This document shows, one piece after another, positions 7,336-13,665 of a stretch of DNA of 13,899 bases. Positions within the stretch are counted from its first letter, which is position 1, and each line of letters begins with the position of its first letter. Source of the stretch: Anaerolineae bacterium (lineage in GTDB: Bacteria; Chloroflexota; Anaerolineae; Anaerolineales; Villigracilaceae). Location of the stretch: the NCBI GenBank assembly GCA_018645405.1, contig JABGOQ010000018.1, positions 1-13,899 of the forward strand. The letters are read 5' to 3'. The position numbers were made by a program, and so were the translations under genes. The notes below the pieces were generated by a model. It did not search any database. It was not told the DNA's origin and saw only the letters and a program-made list of their open reading frames with translations.

Positions 7336-8916
7336 TTACTTCCACAAATCCACAATCTCGGCATCACCCAAAGAACGGTCAAAAATCATTATCTCTTCGA
7401 TTGCACCGTTGAAGTTCCACCACTCTCCTGTGATTCCATAGCTGCCACGCCCGATATTGAAAACATCCTGCTCAGGGACAGAGGAGAAGTAGTTATAATC
7501 TGCGGGCCCCGTGCCCGCGTTATAAGATAGATTTAATGTTTCTCCGTTGAGATAGGCTCTATGGTCATTTTCTCCGGTGGCGACAATATATTCGTATATT
7601 TGCCCTGCTTCAAGGCTCACTTTGCCAGAATCAAAACATAAGGCAACTTTTTCATTTTCATGAATTGTGAAATAAATCTGACGCTTTTCGGGATTATTCA
7701 ATTTGCCATGACCGATATAAATCGTAAGGTCATTATTGCCATTGAGAGCAGTATTGCTTTCATCCCTACCAAAATAAAAGAGGGGCAGACTGTCCGCGAC
7801 AACGCCAGTATTGGTAATTTCTTCGTATTTAAAACGAATATAAATAGTTCCATAATCTAAGTTTGCAACTTCTGCGGGCGGGGTTGTACTAACCCCAGAT
7901 TGAGTGCCATCTAATCTCAAAGATTGCCCGTTAAAATCATTCTCCCAGATAGGGGCAGTGCTAGGTTCTTCAGGGGCAGCATCGCTCTTTTCTTCTGTGC
8001 TGGTAGCAACACTTTCCCCTGTCAAAGCAGTTTTCAGGAAGTTATACCAAGCCTCAGCCATGAGCCGATCGCCTTCGGCATTGGTGTGAGCATTATCTGG
8101 TGCATAGCTTTCAGGATAATGACAGCGGCTCAAATCATGCTGTTCAGGCCCAGTTTGAATATAACTCTTCTCCGCGTCCTCAGCGTTTGCGAGCATTTCA
8201 GCGATGCCGAAAAGTTCATTAAAGGCAGGGAGCATATTCTTTGGTTTATAGCGATGGCTAGAGAAGAAGACCATTTCTGCGCCTTGCCCTTCGTTATATA
8301 AATGGTCTGCTAATTGCTCTGTCTCGCTCACAAAACGCGCAAAATTCGGGTCGCCCATATTCGTTGCTGCGATGGGATAAGTGGCATTATTACTTGTCAA
8401 GACCAAGGCAATCGTAGGGTATTGCTTCTCTGCGAGAATCCTTTCGATGGCTTCATAACCTTTCTCTCTGGGTGTGACCCATTTCCAAGTCTCGTGTCCG
8501 CCAATCCAATGATTATTGACAATAAATTTTTTCCCCGCAATCGAGTTTTCATCCAGCATTTTCTGAAGAAAAGTATCATATCCCTGATTTTCACTATGCC
8601 CGATAATTTCTATTGCAATCGTATCTCCCCAAGCACCAATATCAAGCGGATAATCTGCGGCGGCATTTTCAAAAGGCAGCGCATCGCCAGTTGAAATCAA
8701 CGCACAATCTGGCTCAGTTGGCTCAGCAGGCGGCGGACTCGCGCTCTCTTCGGTAGGCGAGGGGATAATCTCTGGGGTTTGAGTGGGGGGAATAATCGTT
8801 GGCTCGGCTTCAATCATCGTTGAGATTTCTTCGAATTGTGCTGTCGGCTGACCACCACAAGCAGAAATAGTTAAGGTCAGAAGTAGCGCAAGAAAAATAG
8901 TCTTTTTGATAAGCAT
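7336..8916 (-). CDS. Secreted lipoprotein: SGNH/GDSL-like hydrolase domain fused to a C-terminal LamG/concanavalin-A-like lectin domain
   Basis: Signal peptide with lipobox (LTISAC) and a Pro/Thr/Glu linker. SGNH-like blocks are IIGHSENQG (block I variant GHS), NHWIGGHET, LTSNNAT and DNAHTNAEGDRLMA (DxxH). The C-terminal roughly 190 aa (LRLDGTQS...FNIGRGSY...WNFNGAIEEIMIFDRSL) is typical of the Laminin_G_3 type. GGAG SD. Confidence 0.75.
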   Translation of the reverse strand: MLIKKTIFLALLLTLTISACGGQPTAQFEEISTMIEAEPTIIPPTQTPEIIPSPTEESASPPPAEPTEPDCALISTGDALPFENAAADYPLDIGAWGDTIAIEIIGHSENQGYDTFLQKMLDENSIAGKKFIVNNHWIGGHETWKWVTPREKGYEAIERILAEKQYPTIALVLTSNNATYPIAATNMGDPNFARFVSETEQLADHLYNEGQGAEMVFFSSHRYKPKNMLPAFNELFGIAEMLANAEDAEKSYIQTGPEQHDLSRCHYPESYAPDNAHTNAEGDRLMAEAWYNFLKTALTGESVATSTEEKSDAAPEEPSTAPIWENDFNGQSLRLDGTQSGVSTTPPAEVANLDYGTIYIRFKYEEITNTGVVADSLPLFYFGRDESNTALNGNNDLTIYIGHGKLNNPEKRQIYFTIHENEKVALCFDSGKVSLEAGQIYEYIVATGENDHRAYLNGETLNLSYNAGTGPADYNYFSSVPEQDVFNIGRGSYGITGEWWNFNGAIEEIMIFDRSLGDAEIVDLWK

Positions 8917-9004
8917 ATTGAACTCCTTAGATTAGATTTTCACTAAGAAGTGTACCCATGCAATATCTCTGGGACATTAGCCACTTGTAAATTTGATGTA
9001 AAAC

Positions 9005-9187
9005 TTAGGCCGCGCTGTGCGTGATTTTGGCTTGGTATGCCTTTAACGAGGATCTGCCGAGGTCGGCAAGATTTTTTGCTTTAGCCACGTTTCGTGCGAG
9101 TGCGATTACATCATATCCTGCATCCACTAGTTGACGGGCCACACGCCCTCCGACAAATCCTGTTGCACCAGTAATAAAGTGTTTCAT
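9005..9187 (-). pseudogene. Truncated remnant (N-terminal about 45 aa) of an NAD(P)-binding epimerase/NmrA-like gene
   Basis: MKHFITGATGFVGGRVARQLVDAGYDVIALARNVAKAKNLADLG is a normal Rossmann N-terminus (GxxGxxG). After ADLG the sequence becomes unrelated and stops at 60 aa. Only 88 nt remain before the next gene, so the other roughly 250 codons are missing. Confidence 0.7.
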
Positions 9188-9227
9188 TTTTGTGTCTCCT
9201 ATTAATAAACTAACTGTTTTTGTTTTC

Positions 9228-10274
9228 TTACTTATCTACCTTTGCATAAAATTCTTTCCATTCTGCTCTATAAGCTTCCTTTTCTTCATCCGTCAAAAAG
9301 CTAGCTTTAATGGCATTGAGATTGAGTTGCCATAACTCATCCCAAGAAAAGCCTTGCTTGGCAAAGAGCAGATATTCGCTCGTCAGGTCAGTGGAGAACA
9401 TGGGCGGGTCATCGCTGTTGACTGTGCAAAAGACTCCTGCATCGACCAATGCCCGCATCTGATGCGGCTCATCAAGCGGCGTAACACCAAGCCGATAATT
9501 ACTATGCGGGCAAACTTCAAGCGGGGTTTGCGTTTCAGCCAGATACTCGAGTAATTTGGGGTCTTCAGCAGAGCGCACACCATGCCCGATGCGCTCGACT
9601 TTTAGGTCATTGATTGCGCCCCAAACACTTTCTGGCCCCACAGTTTCACCTGCGTGAGCGAGCAAATGTAATCCTTGACGACGGGCTTCATCATAAACAT
9701 CAGTAAATAATTTAGGCGGGAAGCCAACTTCCATACCGCCGAGACCTAACCCGATAAAGATGCCTTTCTCGAATCCTTTTAGGACAAAGTCCAATACTTT
9801 GTGGCGTGTTTCAGGTACTTGACGCCCAATATCAGGAATAAATCGCAGTTCAATATCATACTTTTCTTTGCCATGCTTAATCCCTTCGGTGAGGACAGCA
9901 ATGACCTCATCTTGCGGAAAATTATCCAGCATGAAAGATGCGCTCAGAAAAACTTCGCAATATCTCACATTTTGCCTCGCCTGTTCTGCAAGAAAACGTT
10001 CAACCATAAAGGTGAAATCATCGGCAGTTTGCATACATTGCATGGCAAACCCGTAGACATCAAGAAAGTGATTGAAGTCGCGGAAGGCATACATTGCTTG
10101 CCATTCTTCAAGTCTCGCTACTGGGGGCGTGACTTTGTTGCGCTGAGCCAATTCCCAGACGGTAGCTGCATCCGTTGCACCTTCGAGATGAACATGCAAT
10201 TCAATTTTAGGCATCGCGCGAAGGCGGTCGGCGAGTTCAATGGAGATGGTGGTGTTTTCGTAAATTGCGGACAT
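9228..10274 (-). CDS. add: Adenosine/AMP-deaminase-family metallo-hydrolase (adenosine deaminase-like)
   Basis: 348 aa. Metal and catalytic motifs are ELHVHLEGA, HAGE(T), GHG and VNSDDP, in the canonical order for PF00962-type deaminases. Confidence 0.88.
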   Translation of the reverse strand: MSAIYENTTISIELADRLRAMPKIELHVHLEGATDAATVWELAQRNKVTPPVARLEEWQAMYAFRDFNHFLDVYGFAMQCMQTADDFTFMVERFLAEQARQNVRYCEVFLSASFMLDNFPQDEVIAVLTEGIKHGKEKYDIELRFIPDIGRQVPETRHKVLDFVLKGFEKGIFIGLGLGGMEVGFPPKLFTDVYDEARRQGLHLLAHAGETVGPESVWGAINDLKVERIGHGVRSAEDPKLLEYLAETQTPLEVCPHSNYRLGVTPLDEPHQMRALVDAGVFCTVNSDDPPMFSTDLTSEYLLFAKQGFSWDELWQLNLNAIKASFLTDEEKEAYRAEWKEFYAKVDK

Positions 10275-10312
10275 AGTTGTTCCTTTATGTAGTGTGTGAT
10301 GTGTTGAAAGGT

Positions 10313-10419
10313 GGTTGAGTAGTCCCGAATGTTTTTAGAGGGACGTATCGAAACCACAATGTAATATTTTTCAGGGAATATTGGTTTCGCTACGGCGAAA
10401 AGCATCGCCTACTCAACGA
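10313..10419 (-). promoter_or_regulatory. Unclassified multi-stem structured element (four-way-junction fold) in the add 5' region; candidate cis-regulatory RNA
   Basis: - The closing stem is 9 bp: gttgagtag (10314-10322) / ctactcaac (10409-10417).
- It encloses three hairpins.
- Hairpin 1: tccc / ggga (10323-26 / 10340-43).
- Hairpin 2: cgaaacc / ggtttcg (10349-55 / 10383-89), extended by aatatt / aatatt (10363-68 / 10377-82).
- Hairpin 3: ggcga / tcgcc (10394-98 / 10405-09).
- All pairs are Watson-Crick, so the strand is inferred from context only. Confidence 0.4.
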
Positions 10420-10442
10420 ACATACTGCTAATTGTTATATGA

Positions 10443-10790
10443 CTAAATCCCTTTGATGATATTCTGGATCGGCTCCGATAATTTGAGCGGATTTGCTTGT
10501 GGCTCTATGCAAACCGAAGCATGCCCATTTTCTGTCGGGGCAACAAATTGATAGAAGTTCCCATATCGGATGAGCACAAAATTCGCTCCGCCGCAGTCAA
10601 TATCGCCACGCTGTTTTACGAGCGTTAAGACTGTAGGGTTGACGATTAGTTCTTCGTACTTATCAGAATCTGAACTACTGGCACCTTATATACCTTCTTT
10701 GGAAAGGGCAGCCAATTCACCTTTGTTGTAGATGGCGACATAGCGAATATCTTTGGATATTGCGAAAATGCTTTCAATTATTTTTTGCAT
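10443..10790 (-). pseudogene. Small conserved-looking ORF (115 codons) interrupted by an in-frame TAA at codon 35; unknown function
   Basis: Hand translation from ATG 10790-10788 (GGAG SD 6 nt upstream) gives MQKIIESIFAISKDIRYVAIYNKGELAALSKEGI*GASSSDSDKYEELIVNPTVLTLVKQRGDIDCGGANFVLIRYGNFYQFVAPTENGHASVCIEPQANPLKLSEPIQNIIKGI, ending at TAG 10445-10443. The internal TAA is at 10688-10686. The second part has no Met, so the ORF track misses both halves. Confidence 0.6.
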
Positions 10791-10810
10791 ATTGAACTCC
10801 ATTTAATGAT

Positions 10811-11929
10811 CTACACAAGCTCAAAATTTGCTCTCGTGTATTTCTTTCCATTGATCTGCACTTCCAAACTGTGCGCGCCTGAATAATGCTTGCGTGTACT
10901 GCGTTGCTGGAAGGAATGTTTTTTCGTGATCGTGATCGTCTCGCCAGCCGCAAGGGTTTTCTTTGCCGCTTTGAAGACTTTTGGAGCTTGTTTCCCGTTT
11001 GCTTTCATAAAATAGACGATGTAATCAATCATCACTTTACTCGCTGTATCTTCAAGAGATGTGACTGTGAACGAGAAATTAATCTCATCACCGATGGCGG
11101 GATTTTCATCACTCAGGTGAATTTCGGAGACGGAGATTTCTATGTTGGAGTCGTAGCCCATCAGCCGCAATGCGCCGGGATGCCCGTCTTTGAGCAGGGT
11201 GCGCAGTGAGTGTGAGATGACCCAATCCATCTCTTTGCTGGGATTTGTTTTTTGCCAGCCTGATAGCGTTTCGACAACCACATCAGGATTATCTTTGGCG
11301 ATGTCATTCAGATTATTGGCGACCGAGCGGCGTACCATTAAATTGGTATCCGTTTTCAGCTTCTCCAATAATTGGATGACGGGCAGCGGATCGCGCTGGA
11401 ATTTGGGCAGGCGTGAAAAAAGTGGAAGCCGCGGGCGCGTCCCTTCGGAGGCCAACCGGCGTGCAAATGGGCTTTTATCTTGCGTCAGCTTGTGCAGGAA
11501 GGTCATCGTCTCTTCTGGATATTTCTCGATGAAAGGGCGAATATCTCCCTCGGCGGTGAAGCGTTTGGTCATTTCGTAGAGGGCGTTGATGGATGTGTCG
11601 AAATCGTCCAAGCCGTAGCGGCTGATGAAGAGGCATTGCGGCATCACGATGAAGCCAGAAAATCCGCTCAGGGAATCGGAAGCAGGTTCTGGTCCAAGTG
11701 CGTTTACCAGGGTTTGGGCAGCACGCTGAAAATCGTCGGGGAGATGTTTGTGGAGCGAATCCGCAATTAAGGAATTTCGATCCCCAAAACTGAGCGATTC
11801 AAGTTGGGGAAGAATCGCTTCGAGAAAAGCGTCCCGCTCAAAGGAATCCCAGACATGGGTGATATTGCCTGCGAGTTTGTTGACGAGGGCGGGGTTGAAG
11901 ACATCACGGAATTGAGTTTGTTTGGTCAT
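10811..11929 (-). CDS. HEAT-like-repeat DNA alkylation repair glycosylase (COG4335, AlkC/AlkD family) with a C-terminal beta-sandwich (Ig-like) domain, i.e. AlkC-type architecture
   Basis: 372 aa. The string RRSVANNLNDIAKDNPDVVVETLSGW is characteristic of DNA_alkylation (PF08713) proteins as I recall them. The last roughly 115 aa (NIEISVSEIHLSDENPAIGDEINFSFTV...SLEVQINGKKY) reads as alternating beta strands. The start overlaps the TetR stop (ATGA at 11929-11926). Confidence 0.75.
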   Translation of the reverse strand: MTKQTQFRDVFNPALVNKLAGNITHVWDSFERDAFLEAILPQLESLSFGDRNSLIADSLHKHLPDDFQRAAQTLVNALGPEPASDSLSGFSGFIVMPQCLFISRYGLDDFDTSINALYEMTKRFTAEGDIRPFIEKYPEETMTFLHKLTQDKSPFARRLASEGTRPRLPLFSRLPKFQRDPLPVIQLLEKLKTDTNLMVRRSVANNLNDIAKDNPDVVVETLSGWQKTNPSKEMDWVISHSLRTLLKDGHPGALRLMGYDSNIEISVSEIHLSDENPAIGDEINFSFTVTSLEDTASKVMIDYIVYFMKANGKQAPKVFKAAKKTLAAGETITITKKHSFQQRSTRKHYSGAHSLEVQINGKKYTRANFELV

Positions 11930-12612
11930 TGCATGCCCATTCGCTCGATCATTATGTTGATCTCAAATTCAAAAAAACTATCAATATCAATATTCATCGG
12001 CACGGCAATAAAATGACCGTTTAGCTCCAGCGAAACCATGCCGTGAATTTGCGCCCAACTCGCCATCGCTAGATGGATTACGGCAGGGTCGCCGTCGTAG
12101 CTGAATTTATCCACCCAGGCTTGAATCATATCTGGCGTGGAGGGAGGAGCGCTCTCTGTTTTTAGCTTGCCAGCCCGCCAAGCGGCATCTAGCGTGCCCA
12201 ACAAAACGGACATGCTCCCAGCCGCGGCGGGACCGGTAATCTCCATCGGGGCGTGGTAGTTGGGGATGGGCGTGCCGAAAAGCAGGCTGTATTTTTCAGC
12301 ATTCGCTAAAGCCCAATTGCGATACGCGTGTGCAGATGCGAAAATCTGCTTGGCGTGAGATTCTTCATCTGTCTCTTGCGAAGCAAGTAAAGCATCTCGC
12401 AGCGAGTTGTAGGCATCCACGATGAGAGCCGTCACTAAATCATCGCGGCTGGGGAAGTAGTTGTATATCGCTGGGGCAGTGATTTTTAGCTCACGGGCAA
12501 TTGCTCGTAAGGAAAGAGCCGCAGCGCCATTTTTTGACATTTGTTGATAAGCGACATCCTTAATCGCTTTGCTTAGATTAGGGTGTTGCTGAGATTGTTT
12601 GGGGCGTGCCAT
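11926..12612 (-). CDS. TetR/AcrR-family transcriptional regulator (WHG-type C-terminal domain)
   Basis: HTH LSLRAIARELKITAPAIYNYFPSRDDLVTAL and C-terminal WAQIHGMVSLELNGHF. I prefer the start at ATG 12612-12610 (MARPKQ...), which has GGAGA 4 nt upstream, over the track start at 12630. Confidence 0.88.
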   Translation of the reverse strand: MARPKQSQQHPNLSKAIKDVAYQQMSKNGAAALSLRAIARELKITAPAIYNYFPSRDDLVTALIVDAYNSLRDALLASQETDEESHAKQIFASAHAYRNWALANAEKYSLLFGTPIPNYHAPMEITGPAAAGSMSVLLGTLDAAWRAGKLKTESAPPSTPDMIQAWVDKFSYDGDPAVIHLAMASWAQIHGMVSLELNGHFIAVPMNIDIDSFFEFEINIMIERMGMQ

Positions 12613-12677
12613 AGAGTCTCCTTGTCCCATCTAATCTTTCCCATATATAGAGGAGTTTGAGATGGGTGTTCAACAGA

Positions 12678-12706
12678 AATATACGGTGTTTATTTTGTGT
12701 TGTCAA
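12678..12706 (-). promoter_or_regulatory. Sigma-70-type promoter TTGACA-17-TATATT for the TetR/AlkC-like operon
   Basis: On the minus strand, TTGACA lies at 12706-12701, followed by the 17 nt spacer acacaaaataaacaccg and TATATT at 12683-12678. This is about 65 nt upstream of the ATG at 12612. Confidence 0.6.
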
Positions 12707-12859
12707 GAGAAGATCCAAAAAGACTAGAATGCAGGTAATAAATATTATGAAATTCCTCTTTATATTTCCTGCATGGCAGTTATAATAAGAAGAAGAGTTG
12801 AGAGAACATTTTCTCCCAATCATCGTAGATCGCTGTATATCAGGCTTTATGGGGAGAAA

Positions 12860-12892
12860 ATGAAAGAGTTTTTTAGCTCGCACAAAAAATGA
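12860..12892 (+). CDS. Candidate 10-codon upstream ORF / leader peptide (MKEFFSSHKK) coupled to the solute-binding protein gene
   Basis: GGGGAG lies at 12851-12856, 3 nt before ATG 12860. The TGA stop (12890-12892) overlaps ATG 12889 of the downstream gene (ATGA), and that gene has no SD of its own. Confidence 0.25.
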   Translation: MKEFFSSHKK

Positions 12893-13656
12893 AGAGTTTT
12901 CGAATTCTCAGTTTTTTTCTAATAATAATTTTAGGGCTTTCTGCTTGCGCGCCTGCTCCTAGAAAAGAATTGCTCATCTATTGCGGAATCACCATGATTC
13001 GCCCTATGCGAGAAATTGGCGATATTATCGAAAAAGAAGAAGATATCAAAGTGATCATTATCAAGGGTGGTTCCGGTAATTTGCTTCGCTCCATTGAGAT
13101 CAATAATGTGGGCGACCTTTATTTACCTGGCTCATCAAGCTATATTGAAAGTGCAACAGAGAAAAACCTAATTATAGAAACTAATTTAGTGGGCTATAAC
13201 CGCGCTACCTTGATGGTGCAAAAAGGGAACCCGCTTAATATCGGCAACGATTTAGAAAATTTGGCAGACCCAGCCTATTATGTCGTTATCGGGAATCCTG
13301 ATAGCGGCAGTATAGGCAAAGAAACTCGCCGAATTCTGCAAGAAAAAGGTATATATGATCTTGTTCTTCAAAACACCCGCGAATTAACCACAGATTCTAA
13401 AGATTTGGTTTCAGTTCTTGTGGAAAAAAGAGCCGACCTTGTCATTAATTGGTTCGCGGTTTCTATCTGGGATGAAAACACTATGTATATAGAAACTCTT
13501 CCTATTAACATAGAACTTGCCCCACCTAAAGAACTCATACTTGCATCTCTTAGCACAAGCAGAGAACCAGAACTTGCTAAAATTTTTATAGATTATGCTG
13601 TCTCAGCAGAAGGGCAAGCCATTTTTCAAAAATATGGTTTCGGAAGCATGGAGTAA
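12889..13656 (+). CDS. Periplasmic/extracytoplasmic solute-binding lipoprotein, ModA/TupA-like (PBP2, SBP_bac_11-type)
   Basis: Signal peptide with lipobox (GLSAC). It is collinear with E. coli ModA at GGSGNLLRSIE...DLYLPGSS, VIGNPDSGSIGKETRRILQEKGIYD and AIFQKYGF. The first anion-binding segment differs (CGITM instead of AAASL). Confidence 0.8.
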   Translation: MKSFRILSFFLIIILGLSACAPAPRKELLIYCGITMIRPMREIGDIIEKEEDIKVIIIKGGSGNLLRSIEINNVGDLYLPGSSSYIESATEKNLIIETNLVGYNRATLMVQKGNPLNIGNDLENLADPAYYVVIGNPDSGSIGKETRRILQEKGIYDLVLQNTRELTTDSKDLVSVLVEKRADLVINWFAVSIWDENTMYIETLPINIELAPPKELILASLSTSREPELAKIFIDYAVSAEGQAIFQKYGFGSME

Positions 13657-13665
13657 TTTTCTCAA

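Noticed and set aside
8913-8926. An identical 14-mer, gcatattgaactcc (SD plus start codon: GGAGTTCAATATGC), shared with 10787-10800.
   Set aside because: A single exact 14-mer repeat is not far from chance expectation in a 14 kb window (of order 0.3-0.4 pairs). Both copies are constrained to contain GGAG and ATG, and identity stops immediately on both sides.
10313-10419. An integron attC site, because the closing helix reads GTTGAGT...ACTCAAC and so matches the GTTRRRY / RYYYAAC core-site consensus strings.
   Set aside because: The order is wrong. attC sites run RYYYAAC...GTTRRRY on the top strand, while here GTTRRRY comes first on both strands. There is also no integrase, attI or cassette array nearby.
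10313-10419. A tRNA-like cloverleaf (four helices closed by a terminal stem).
   Set aside because: It is about 105 nt long, has no T-loop (GTTCRA) or D-loop GG signature on either strand, has a 9 bp closing stem without a discriminator/CCA context, and its central arm is far too long.
10275-10442. A purine (adenine/guanine) riboswitch, as found upstream of add in some bacteria.
   Set aside because: I could not find the three-way junction with the conserved J1/2 UAUA, J2/3 UUUCUACC or J3/1 GACUAU-type strings on either strand. The fold here has three internal hairpins.
12662-12727. A 21-codon plus-strand ORF (MGVQQKYTVFILCCQEKIQKD) with a good SD (AGGAG, 6 nt spacing).
   Set aside because: It lies directly on top of the minus-strand promoter of the TetR gene, in AT-rich DNA where short ORFs arise easily, and no other support is visible. 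It is worth a look only if ribosome profiling exists.
12578-12883. A 101 aa minus-strand ORF across the divergent intergenic region.
   Set aside because: It overlaps the TetR start and its promoter, is extremely AT-rich and low-complexity, and would need transcription from inside the plus-strand gene leader.
12631-12888. A Moco/Tuco riboswitch in the leader of the ModA-like gene.
   Set aside because: The leader is very AT-rich, with only short AT hairpins (for example 12731-12772). Nothing resembles the GC-rich multi-stem Moco motif.
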